Assembly (NCBI GenBank): GCA_965223665.1
Contig: OZ245011.1
Location: forward strand, 32,001-96,000
Source: Nitrospinaceae bacterium
GTDB taxonomy: Bacteria > Nitrospinota > Nitrospinia > Nitrospinales > Nitrospinaceae
DNA: 64,000 bases
Direction of reading: 5' to 3'
The translations under genes were made by a program, and so were the position numbers. A model generated the notes under the pieces. It saw only the letters and a list, made by a program, of their open reading frames with translations. It had not been told where the DNA came from and did not search any database. The first letter of the stretch is position 1. Every line of letters starts with the position of its first letter. Below are positions 20,300-30,066 of this stretch, piece after piece.

Positions 20300-21835
20300 T
20301 TAAAAAGGAATGGCGGATAATGCCAGTTGCATAAACATGGAGGGGAAAATGCCCATTACAATGATTGCTACAGAACTGATAGTTACAATGGCTGTCATAC
20401 CTTTATTGGAAACTAAGTCTACTTCAGGCTCGCCATTATGGAAATACATCATTGCGATTACTCTTAAATAAAAATAGACTGCAATCATGCTGGCCACCAC
20501 CGCTAATACTGCTATTAAAACGTATCCTTGCTTAATGGCAGCTACAAATAAGTAAAGTTTTCCAAAAAAACCTGCAGTGGGAGGAAATCCAGCTAAAGAC
20601 AGCATGAACAAACTCATTGCCGCAGCAACCATGGGTCTCCGTTTGGCTAATCCCTTAAAACGGTATATAGAATTTGATTCTTTACCCTCGCCCTCAATCA
20701 TAAAAACGACTGCGAAGGCTCCCACATTCATAAATAAATATACCGCTAAGTAAAAAATAATACTGGCGACACCATCCTGGCTATTGGCAACAATTCCTAT
20801 AAGCAAGTAACCAGCATGAGCCACGCCAGAGTAAGCAAGCATGCGCTTTACGTCATCTTGGAAAATAGCAGCAATATTTCCAATCAACATGGTGAGAACA
20901 GAGGCTCCAAAAAGAACTGGCATCCAAATTTCATTTAATTCAGTCAGTGAAATAAAGAAGATCCTTGCTATCAATGCAAATGCCGCTGCTTTGGTTGCCA
21001 CAGACATGAAGCCAGTGATTGGAGTGGGAGCACCTTGGTAAACATCAGGCGTCCAGGAATGAAAAGGAACCAGGGATACTTTAAAAGCTAAGCCACAGAA
21101 AACCAGACCCATTCCAATATAAACTAACTTATTGGAACTATATGGATTTTCATGGAGTAATTTGCCAATAAATCGGATTTCTGTAGTTCCCGTTCCGGCA
21201 TACATGAGTGCCATGCCATAAACTAAAATAGCCGATGCAAAGGCACCAATTAATAAATATTTAACAGTGGATTCCTGGGAAGCCAGGCATTCCCAGGAAA
21301 GATTTTTTACATCCCCTGGTTGCTCTCGCCCTGTTCCATGTTTTGCGGAAAAGCCACAAAGAATATAAAGAGATATAGAAAAAATTTCTAATGAAACAAA
21401 AGCAGTGATTAAATTTCCGGACTTTGCCAAAAACATCATTCCAACAACAGCCATGAGGACCAGGGTAAAGTATTCCGCTTTGTGCTCATGGTCTGGTTTT
21501 GGATAACGAAAGGATGCTAGAATGGCAAACAGGGCCATTAATAGGAAGATAATGTTGAAAGTTTGAGAAAACCTGTCATGTATTAATGCGCTGCTGAACA
21601 TTTCCGGGTTGGTGCCATTACTCATAGTGGGAGCACCAATCCAAAGATAAACTGAATAGGCCAATGCTCCAACGATTCCTAAGGCGGCAATTTTTGACAA
21701 TTGGGGATTAGTATCTAAGGCTTTTGACAATCCCATTAATAGAAGAGCAAAAGCGGTTAGAATCAAAATCAGTTCTGGTCCAATAGCGGCCCACCGCATA
21801 TCAGCTAGGTTTATCGATACCTGCATTTTTAGCAA
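20300..21835 (-). CDS. nuoN: NADH-quinone oxidoreductase subunit N (start is TTG 21835 or ATG 21826)
   Basis: FKVSLVPFHSWTPDVYQGAPTP, KRMLAYSGVAHAGY and SLAGFPPTAGFFGK motifs. Confidence 0.95.
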   Translation of the reverse strand: MLKMQVSINLADMRWAAIGPELILILTAFALLLMGLSKALDTNPQLSKIAALGIVGALAYSVYLWIGAPTMSNGTNPEMFSSALIHDRFSQTFNIIFLLMALFAILASFRYPKPDHEHKAEYFTLVLMAVVGMMFLAKSGNLITAFVSLEIFSISLYILCGFSAKHGTGREQPGDVKNLSWECLASQESTVKYLLIGAFASAILVYGMALMYAGTGTTEIRFIGKLLHENPYSSNKLVYIGMGLVFCGLAFKVSLVPFHSWTPDVYQGAPTPITGFMSVATKAAAFALIARIFFISLTELNEIWMPVLFGASVLTMLIGNIAAIFQDDVKRMLAYSGVAHAGYLLIGIVANSQDGVASIIFYLAVYLFMNVGAFAVVFMIEGEGKESNSIYRFKGLAKRRPMVAAAMSLFMLSLAGFPPTAGFFGKLYLFVAAIKQGYVLIAVLAVVASMIAVYFYLRVIAMMYFHNGEPEVDLVSNKGMTAIVTISSVAIIVMGIFPSMFMQLALSAIPF

Positions 21836-21976
21836 ATCCGTTGATTTTCAATGATAAAATAGCGTCACGTCTGAGGGATCCCAAGCATGTAGAGGGTGTT
21901 TTAAAACATTTCCCCCTTTTTTTCAAGCAAATGTTGAATAACTTTAAATAGCAAAGGGGATAATCAGCAAAACCCT

Positions 21977-21985
21977 TGATATAAT
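21977..21985 (+). promoter_or_regulatory. Putative extended -10 promoter of the CHAT gene
   Basis: TGaTATAAT, 26 nt upstream of the ATG at 22012. Confidence 0.45.
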
Positions 21986-22011
21986 ACTGCAATAAAAAGA
22001 GAAGCTCACCC

Positions 22012-25000
22012 ATGATACCCATTAGAAATCTAACGTTTTATACCTTATTTTTATTGTTGTTATCGGCTTTTTTTGCCCTTCCGTTAAAAGCGGCGATCCC
22101 CCAATTTACCAATCCTGCTCAAATTACCACTCACCCGGCAGATGATTTTGCCCCTTCAATTTCTCAGGACGGGAAATCCCTGGTATATGTTTCTGACCGC
22201 TCGGGGAATTTAGATCTTTGGGTAAAGTATTTAGTGCCCGGAATTCCACCACCTGATCAACAATTGACTTTTCATAGTTCAGAAGATAATTCTCCTTCCA
22301 TTAGTCCTGATGGGAACTTTATAGTGTTTGTTTCCAATCGTTCCGATCCCAAAGGAGACATTTACATAATTCCCTTAGCAAAATCCGTAAATGGAAAAGA
22401 ATCTAGCACTCGTCCTATTAAATTAACTAATGAGAAGACAGCCGACGGTGACCCGGTTTGGTCTCCTGATCAAAAGTTTGTCTATTTTACTTCTGAAGAA
22501 ATTTCCACAGGTAAGAAATATATATATGGAATTGAAGTAAGTACGCGAAAAAGAAAAAAAATAAGCAAAGTAGAAGGTATTCAACCTACCTTATCACCCA
22601 GCGGCAAGTACCTGGCATTTGTTTCTCAAGGAAAAGAAAAAGGACTTAGAGTACAAAACCTCAAGTCACATTCTCTTCATAAGCTTACTTTAGGTAATTA
22701 TATTGATCTTTCTCCAAAGTTTTCTTTGGATGGAAAAACCATATATTTTACCCGCTACGAGGATGACACAAATTATGATGGTGTGATTGATATTGAAGAT
22801 CATCCTAATTTATGGAAGACCCGATTGGGACACTCCTCATCCAAAAGAGAGTTTCAACTGACAGATAGTTCCACGTTTGATCTACTTCCCATTGCAGGAA
22901 ATAAATATGTCTATTACACCTCTCATCGAAAAGATGGTACAGATATTTGGCGGCTCCCATTACAGGGGATATTACCAACTCAATCTGATTTTGGGCAACA
23001 ATTGCAGGTGGTCGAAGTTCTTTGCGAAGACAAATACTATTACAACTGTATTTTGGCAGATAGTAATTTATCACAGGTGTTTCCAACTGAGGAAAGCTTA
23101 GCGCGGGTTCAGTATCGTAGAGCTCGTGGATATCAGAATTTGAAGCATTTTAAAAAAGCCAAAACCCTGTATCAAAATGTATTTGATTCATTTCCAAATA
23201 GTAAAAAGTATCAGGGTTGGGCGGAAATAGATTTGATTTTGTTGGATGTGGCTGATTCAAGGAAAAAAGGTCAAGCTTTTTTTAAAAACAAAAACAAAGA
23301 AGCTTTAATAAAATTACAAAAAATTGAAGAGCGCTATTCTGATCAAATAAGTGTTGTATCGCGTGCACAATTGGAACGCGGTCAAATTTATATTTCGCTT
23401 CAGCAGTTTCCAGAAGCGCTGTCTGCTTTTAAACATGTTGTTGAGACGTATCCTTCCTATAGGATTTTATCAGCCGAAGCTGCTTTTTCTCAAAGTAAGG
23501 TTTATTCAGAAGTTGGTGATCAAAAAGGCCTCATAAACTCTTATGTTCAAGTGGTTAGAGATTATTATGATGTGGAATCCTGGTCTCAAAAATCAATACA
23601 AACCATTCTTGGAATTTTTGAAGAATTTCCAACTTTAGAAAAGAAAATGGTAAGTCTACAATCTTTAATCAAAAAATATAAGGAATTGCCACGGTTGGCT
23701 TCTGCAGCGCAAAATAGAATTGGAGAATTATTGCATCAGGCTAACGAAAACTTGCTGGCTAAAGAAGCTTATGAAAAGACCATAGCTCAATTTCCTGATA
23801 CTCCTAAAGAAAAAGACAAGGCTCATTTTGCGTTAGCGCAAATTTATGCGGAAGAAGAAAATTTTGAAATAAGTTTGAACCAATATCAATTAGTCCAATC
23901 CAATTCCGATAGTTTAAAAGAAAATATTCAAGAAGCAAAAAGCAAGTTTATTCGTCAGGCAATCGAAAAGGGGAATTGGGAATTGAATGTTGGAGAAACC
24001 AAATTAGCTCTGAAGACATTTAAAAAGTTAATGGACTTTAGTCCTCAAACTGTAGAAGGGCATCGCGGGTATATTCAATCTCATGTTGCTCTAAAAAAGA
24101 CAAATGAAGTAATTCAGTTTTATAAAAAGAAGATTTCTGTTTCAGATCCCCTCCCTGTTCATTGGTATAGCTATGGTTTAGCGTTAACTTATTTAGATCC
24201 ACCAGATTTGAATAAATCAAAAGACTCCATAGAGAAAGCTTTGGTTAAACAATCCAACAATGCGTTTTATCATCAAACGCTGGGTTGGATTTTTGAGCAA
24301 AAAGAACGAGCGGAAGGGAAAAGAGATTTTCTCGAAAAATCGCTTCAGGAGTACAGAACGGCATTGGCATTAAATGACGAAGAAATTGATCCACAAAATG
24401 AAGCCAATTTACTTTTGAATTTGGGGAACGGGAATTATTTATTGAAAAACTATTTTTCTTCCTACAGGTACTATGACAAACGATATCACGCGAAACGGGA
24501 CTTTGTGAATGCTGATCGCGAAGCTTTATTTTATCAAAGGTATGCCGAGTCTGCCTTTAAAGTAGGCTTCCCGGAACAAGCTGTGGATTTATATAAGAAA
24601 TCATTAAAGAAAATATCAACGAAAAAAGATGTCTCTCGAATGGCTGAGCTAAATGATCGTATTGCCTTGGCTTATCAAGATTTAGGAGATCATTCTAAAG
24701 CAGTCGAATACTTTTCTCAAAGCTTAGAACTAAATAAAGAAATTAATAATGTAACCAATTTTTCTCGATCCCTTCGAAACATTGCAAATAATCTTTACTC
24801 TTTAAGTGAAAAGGAAGGAGTCAGCCAACAACCTTTGAATAATGCGTTGGGTCATTATTTCCAGGCGATAGAAAATTTAGAAAAATATGGAGTAAAAGAG
24901 AAAGAAAAGAAAAAAGGAAAAGGTTTGATAGATATTGATATAGAAACTGGGTTGGATGAAGATGCTTCTTCGGCTGCTTTGGGTTTTGATAAAGTTGGGG

Positions 25001-28000
25001 AACAAAAACTTATTTTTAATTATATTGGGAAAATTTATGGAGATTTTGGGGATTATGATCGCGCAATTGATTATTTTGAAAGGAAATTACAGTTAATTCC
25101 TGAAGATTTGGACCCTAAAGATAATATTCCTCTGTTACTGGAAAAAGCTTTGTTACTCAACCAATTAGGAATCTTTAATTTTCATCAGGGTCAAATAGCC
25201 AAAAGTAAGGATTATTTTAAAAGATCGTATGAAGTTAGCCATTCCATTGATAACCGTCAGGGTTTAGCGGTTAATGCTGCGAATATTGGTCGTTTGTTGA
25301 TTGATAAATGTCGAAAACAACCCCTTTCCACATTGATAAATGAAATAAAAGAAACCACAGAGTTTTTAGAAAAAACCTTTCAAGTATTGGATGATGAAAA
25401 AAAACCTTTATCCAGTCCTGAATACCGGGTGCTCCTTAAAAACTATATAGGAGTTTATTATTACTATTTGGGTTTTCAGATTCCAATGGATGAAAAAAAG
25501 CCCAGAGACACAAAAGTTAATTGGAAAAAAATATTTAAGAATTCTGAAAGCAGTATTCAGGGTGATTTTTCCTACGGGAAAAAATCCTTGGAAGCCTTTC
25601 AGCAAGCCTATATTTTGTCTCTTCAAATAAAAAATGCCTTAGGCCAAAAGTTGGCGGTTGCATTAAAGCAAAATACTGATGTTTTGCGAAATTTATTAGG
25701 GAGAGTGAGTGCAAGTAAAAATGAAATAAAAGCTCCTAGTTTAAGGGCTGATTTTATAAAAACAGAATGGCAATACAAATACCTGAAAGCCTCCCTTCAG
25801 AAAGGTCAAAAACGTTTGGAGACTTTATTTGAAGCTGAAAAATTGCTTTCTTCACGGCCCTATGGAGTTTTGCTTGAACCGGGTGGTTTAGGATTGTTGC
25901 AGGATTTATATCTGGAAATAGTCCGAAGCCTGTTTAAAGAAAAAAGATTGGGTAATGCCTTGCACTATTCGGAAAAAGGATTGAGATTGTCGCTGATCTC
26001 TGAGTTTCAAGAAATTTCATTTGAGTTCAAAGATGAAATACGGAGAAGTTATTTTGAGGAGATCCAGGGTTTCGGCCTGGATTGGAACGGATTACTGCAG
26101 TCATTAAGAAAAGAGGAAATAAACTCAGATGAATTTAGAGAGAAATCTCAAGATCTTTATGATGAATATAAGGAGTTTTTGTTAAGTGTGGAGGAGGAAG
26201 ATTTAGACTTAGTTTCTTTTGTTTCGCCTAAGGTTCCAACCTTATCTAAAGTTCAATCCGTTTTAGGAGAAGGGCAAACTCTTATCAAATATCAAATGAT
26301 ACGAGAGGAATTATTTGTATGGATTATTTCTCAAACTTCTTTTTTTGGAGTGCGGCTATCCCCGAAGGACTATTTTTACCCAATAGTATTGCGTTTCTCC
26401 GAAAAAGGTCAGGCTATAAGGAAAAATGAATTAAATATATTAAGTCAGCATTTGGTTTATCCTCTAAGAAAGTATATAAAAAACGCCAAATCACTTATTA
26501 TTCTTCCATTCGGTTCCCTGGACTATTTACCCTGGTCATTATTGAAGTTCAATGGAAAGCCATTAATTGAGGAGTTTGATTTAGTATTTGCAAATTCTTT
26601 GGACCAGTTGGTTCGAGCCTCTGACAAGAAGAATTTATATAACTCTCGATTTATGGGATTTGAAATAAACGAAAACATATTTAATCAAATAAGACCTGAG
26701 TTTGCTTCTTCAAAAAATTATATAAAGGAAAAAGGAACGGTTGATGAATTTTTCAAAGGTTTGAGTCAATATGGGGTCATAAATATTGATTCTCAAACAT
26801 TAATAGACCAATCAAATCAAAATAATTCTTACATCAGCTTAACCAACCGTCTGAATCATTATGAGCGGTTTTTTCTTAAGGATTTATTCGAAAATAAAAT
26901 TGAATCGCATTTAATAGCTTTAAATGATACGCATCTAAAGTCATCTTCTTCCTTTATTTCTCCTACAACCTCATTGATACATGGTTTAGTTTTTGTTGGT
27001 TTCCCCGGAAGTTTGTTAAAGATAGGTCATGTAGATCCAAAAATTCATGATGAATTTTTAAAAGTATTTTATGCGGATTTACGAAAAAGTTCTCCTTCTA
27101 AAGCGCTTCGTAAGGCTCAATTATATTTGAGAGAAAAGTTTCCTCAATCTGATGGATGGGCGAATTACCGTTATTATGGATTTCCCGGAATGTCAAAAGT
27201 TGAAAAGGAAGAGTTTGCTCAGACACATTTTGAGTCTAATGTCTCTCAAGGTGCTGAAGAGTTTAAAAATCAAAATTGGGAAGGAGCGATTAGTTATTTT
27301 GAAAAAGCCTTGGCCTTGGTGAATTATTTGGAAGACCAGTCTTCTGAGGATCAACTTATTAAGACCATTGTTCAAGCCGCATATAACAGAGGTGATTATT
27401 CAAAAGGAATTGAGTATCAAAAGAAGGTTTTAACAAATTCTCAAGATGGTGAAGATCCTGAACAATTAGCAGAGGCGCATTATTTTTTGGGAATACTTTA
27501 TTCAAGGGCTGAGCAATATTCTTCTTCAGTAAATCACTTGAAACAAGCTTTGTCTATTTATCAAGAGTACGAGATCTTGGATAAGCTTGCTGAAAGTTAT
27601 GGAACCTTGGGGGTTGTTGAGGAGAATGCATTAGACTTTGATAACGCTTTAAAAGCATTAAACGCTTCCGTCAAAATTAATGAAGAGATTGGAGAAGATT
27701 TAAATCGTGGGAAAGAATTACGAAGAATAGGTCGTGTTAATTATTTGCGTTTAAATAAATATGCTGAAGCTCAAAAATATTTTTCAGAAGCGAACTCATT
27801 ATTCCAAGAGCTTAATGATCCAGAGCAAATTGCCGAAACTTGGTTGGAATTGGGCTTAGTGTCAGAAAAATTGGGTGATTTTTCTAAAGCATTAGGTTTT
27901 TATAAAAAAGCTGAATTGTTGGCCGAGGACAATAACCTAATACTTCAAATATCAAAATCCTATCTCTATCAGGGCAATACGCATTGGTTTCAAGGCAATT

Positions 28001-30057
28001 ACCAAAAAGCGTTTCGTTTTCAAAAGCAGGCATTGAAATTAGCAGAAGAGATAGGAGATAAAAGACAACAGGCATTTGTTTATAACACCCTCGGGTTGAT
28101 ATATTGGACCCTAAACGATTCCCCACGCGCCTTGAATAATATGGAGAAAAGCCAAACCCTGGCAGGAGAAATTAATTCCTTAATTGATGTTGCAAGTGCT
28201 TTCAATAATATGGGATTGGTTTATAGAAAAGATAAAAAATATGAAAAATCTATAGAATTTTTTGAAGAAGCTTTAAAACGTGATCTTCAATTAAAATCCA
28301 AATGGGGGCAAGGTTATACCCACCGTAACTTAGGGATTAGTTATTTGCGAATGAAGCTTTTGGTCGAAGCAGAAGAACATTTTTCAAAAGCTATTCGTTT
28401 AAGTGAAGAAATTGGCAATCAAATCAATTTGGTAAAAACAAAACTAGAATTGGGAAACCTATATTTGGAAAAAAATCAATGCGAACAGGCTGTTCCCATT
28501 TTTAAAGCGACTGTGAAGCTTTCGAAAGCTATTAATGTCCCTGAAGTTACCTGGAGGGCGTTGCAAGGGCAGGGAAAATGTTTTGTGAAAACTAATCGTA
28601 AGAAAGAAGCTGTTCCCATTTACAAAGAATCTGTGGCCATAGTCGATAAAATGAGAGCTTCCATCAAAGTGGAAGAGTTTCAAAATGGATTTATTACCGA
28701 TAAGCAGGATCTTTATAAAGAATTAATCATTCTATTGCTTGATAAAGGTGAGGTGGAGGAATCATTTAATTATGCAGAAAGAGCAAAGTCACGAAGTTTT
28801 ATTGATTTGCTTGGAAATCAAAAAATAAATTTAAAGGATTCGGTGAGTCAAGAATTATTCAATAGGTTGAATGAGCAAAAACTAATCATTCATCAAATTG
28901 AAAACCTGTTAGGTCAAACAGAAGAAGAGGAAGAAATTCAGAAAGTTTCCAAAAAGTTAATCCAGGCGAGGAATCGCTATCAGGATTTATTAATTGAAGC
29001 AAAAGAAACAAGTCCCGAAATATCAAGTTTTGTAACTGTAGATTCAATTACTCTTGAAAAATTGAAAACCATAATTGAAAAAGATATGGTTTTAGTCGAA
29101 TATTTGATTACAGATAAAGAGCTTATTGCATGGGTGATTAATGATAAAGATATTCAAGTAGTCCGGACAAAATTAGAAAAGTCCAAATTAGAAAATCTTA
29201 TTATGGATTACCGCACGCGAATTCAAAAATTAGCCCCCTTAGATGATCAATCCATCCAATTATACGATTGGATAATTCGTCCAGTAGAAAAACTTATCTC
29301 AAATTATCGTGTGGTGGGGATTATTCCACAAGGGTATTTGCATTATTTGTCATTCGCTTCTCTGAGCGATAGGAAAGCGTATTTGTTTGAGCGTCATCCT
29401 ATTTTTTATTCTCCCAGTGCTTCAGTGTTAGATTTTACTTTTAAGAGGAAATATAAAAAAGAAGGACCTGTTAAAGTCCTGGCGTTGGGAAACCCGGACT
29501 TGGGAACATTTAATTATGATTTGCCTCTGGCTGAGTTAGAAGCTAAAGCTATTCGTTGGGATTTTCCCGAAGTTACTATTCTTACTAGAGAAGATGCGAC
29601 AGAAAGTTGGTTACAAGAAAATATTCATAAGTACCAAGTCATCCATATTGCTTCCCATGGAGAGTTTGATCCGGTAAATCCTTTATTCTCCGCTCTCAAA
29701 TTAGCAAAAGATAAGGAGTCAGATGGAAACTTCGAAGTGAATGAAGTCTTTTCGCTAAATATTAATGCCGACCTAGTCACCCTAAGTGCTTGCCAAACGG
29801 GTTTAGGAGATATTGTGGGAGGTGATGAGTTGGTGGGTCTGAATAGAGCTTTTATCTATGCAGGGACCCACGCCATCATATCTTCCCTATGGAGAGTGAG
29901 TGATATTTCAACTGCAGTTTTAATCAAGCACTTTTATCGAAACTATACGGAATCAAATAAAGCAGAAAGTCTGCGAAAAGCCCAACTTCTGGTGAAAAGT
30001 TTATATCCTCATCCCGGTTATTGGGCTGCATTTAGTCTCACAGGGGATTATCGATAA
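22012..30057 (+). CDS. Large exported protein: PD40/TolB-like propeller, TPR, degenerate CHAT, TPR, CHAT (caspase-like) peptidase
   Basis: Signal peptide; PD40 repeats (PSISPDG.. FVSNR); many TPRs; C-terminal VIHIASHG, LVTLSACQTG and YWAAFSLTG; degenerate internal copy of the same domain. Confidence 0.9.
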   Translation: MIPIRNLTFYTLFLLLLSAFFALPLKAAIPQFTNPAQITTHPADDFAPSISQDGKSLVYVSDRSGNLDLWVKYLVPGIPPPDQQLTFHSSEDNSPSISPDGNFIVFVSNRSDPKGDIYIIPLAKSVNGKESSTRPIKLTNEKTADGDPVWSPDQKFVYFTSEEISTGKKYIYGIEVSTRKRKKISKVEGIQPTLSPSGKYLAFVSQGKEKGLRVQNLKSHSLHKLTLGNYIDLSPKFSLDGKTIYFTRYEDDTNYDGVIDIEDHPNLWKTRLGHSSSKREFQLTDSSTFDLLPIAGNKYVYYTSHRKDGTDIWRLPLQGILPTQSDFGQQLQVVEVLCEDKYYYNCILADSNLSQVFPTEESLARVQYRRARGYQNLKHFKKAKTLYQNVFDSFPNSKKYQGWAEIDLILLDVADSRKKGQAFFKNKNKEALIKLQKIEERYSDQISVVSRAQLERGQIYISLQQFPEALSAFKHVVETYPSYRILSAEAAFSQSKVYSEVGDQKGLINSYVQVVRDYYDVESWSQKSIQTILGIFEEFPTLEKKMVSLQSLIKKYKELPRLASAAQNRIGELLHQANENLLAKEAYEKTIAQFPDTPKEKDKAHFALAQIYAEEENFEISLNQYQLVQSNSDSLKENIQEAKSKFIRQAIEKGNWELNVGETKLALKTFKKLMDFSPQTVEGHRGYIQSHVALKKTNEVIQFYKKKISVSDPLPVHWYSYGLALTYLDPPDLNKSKDSIEKALVKQSNNAFYHQTLGWIFEQKERAEGKRDFLEKSLQEYRTALALNDEEIDPQNEANLLLNLGNGNYLLKNYFSSYRYYDKRYHAKRDFVNADREALFYQRYAESAFKVGFPEQAVDLYKKSLKKISTKKDVSRMAELNDRIALAYQDLGDHSKAVEYFSQSLELNKEINNVTNFSRSLRNIANNLYSLSEKEGVSQQPLNNALGHYFQAIENLEKYGVKEKEKKKGKGLIDIDIETGLDEDASSAALGFDKVGEQKLIFNYIGKIYGDFGDYDRAIDYFERKLQLIPEDLDPKDNIPLLLEKALLLNQLGIFNFHQGQIAKSKDYFKRSYEVSHSIDNRQGLAVNAANIGRLLIDKCRKQPLSTLINEIKETTEFLEKTFQVLDDEKKPLSSPEYRVLLKNYIGVYYYYLGFQIPMDEKKPRDTKVNWKKIFKNSESSIQGDFSYGKKSLEAFQQAYILSLQIKNALGQKLAVALKQNTDVLRNLLGRVSASKNEIKAPSLRADFIKTEWQYKYLKASLQKGQKRLETLFEAEKLLSSRPYGVLLEPGGLGLLQDLYLEIVRSLFKEKRLGNALHYSEKGLRLSLISEFQEISFEFKDEIRRSYFEEIQGFGLDWNGLLQSLRKEEINSDEFREKSQDLYDEYKEFLLSVEEEDLDLVSFVSPKVPTLSKVQSVLGEGQTLIKYQMIREELFVWIISQTSFFGVRLSPKDYFYPIVLRFSEKGQAIRKNELNILSQHLVYPLRKYIKNAKSLIILPFGSLDYLPWSLLKFNGKPLIEEFDLVFANSLDQLVRASDKKNLYNSRFMGFEINENIFNQIRPEFASSKNYIKEKGTVDEFFKGLSQYGVINIDSQTLIDQSNQNNSYISLTNRLNHYERFFLKDLFENKIESHLIALNDTHLKSSSSFISPTTSLIHGLVFVGFPGSLLKIGHVDPKIHDEFLKVFYADLRKSSPSKALRKAQLYLREKFPQSDGWANYRYYGFPGMSKVEKEEFAQTHFESNVSQGAEEFKNQNWEGAISYFEKALALVNYLEDQSSEDQLIKTIVQAAYNRGDYSKGIEYQKKVLTNSQDGEDPEQLAEAHYFLGILYSRAEQYSSSVNHLKQALSIYQEYEILDKLAESYGTLGVVEENALDFDNALKALNASVKINEEIGEDLNRGKELRRIGRVNYLRLNKYAEAQKYFSEANSLFQELNDPEQIAETWLELGLVSEKLGDFSKALGFYKKAELLAEDNNLILQISKSYLYQGNTHWFQGNYQKAFRFQKQALKLAEEIGDKRQQAFVYNTLGLIYWTLNDSPRALNNMEKSQTLAGEINSLIDVASAFNNMGLVYRKDKKYEKSIEFFEEALKRDLQLKSKWGQGYTHRNLGISYLRMKLLVEAEEHFSKAIRLSEEIGNQINLVKTKLELGNLYLEKNQCEQAVPIFKATVKLSKAINVPEVTWRALQGQGKCFVKTNRKKEAVPIYKESVAIVDKMRASIKVEEFQNGFITDKQDLYKELIILLLDKGEVEESFNYAERAKSRSFIDLLGNQKINLKDSVSQELFNRLNEQKLIIHQIENLLGQTEEEEEIQKVSKKLIQARNRYQDLLIEAKETSPEISSFVTVDSITLEKLKTIIEKDMVLVEYLITDKELIAWVINDKDIQVVRTKLEKSKLENLIMDYRTRIQKLAPLDDQSIQLYDWIIRPVEKLISNYRVVGIIPQGYLHYLSFASLSDRKAYLFERHPIFYSPSASVLDFTFKRKYKKEGPVKVLALGNPDLGTFNYDLPLAELEAKAIRWDFPEVTILTREDATESWLQENIHKYQVIHIASHGEFDPVNPLFSALKLAKDKESDGNFEVNEVFSLNINADLVTLSACQTGLGDIVGGDELVGLNRAFIYAGTHAIISSLWRVSDISTAVLIKHFYRNYTESNKAESLRKAQLLVKSLYPHPGYWAAFSLTGDYR

Positions 30058-30066
30058 CTTTAGGAT

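Noticed and set aside
21836-22011. Recombinase-type inverted repeats at the proposed inversion breakpoints
   Set aside because: Comparison with the reverse complement of 50849-50874 shows only a short TTTTAAAA match, expected by chance in AT-rich DNA
22012-30057. CHAT protein as part of a type III-E CRISPR (Craspase) or other anti-phage system
   Set aside because: No cas genes, array, gasdermin-like gene or NTPase sensor nearby; the protein has a signal peptide and housekeeping neighbours
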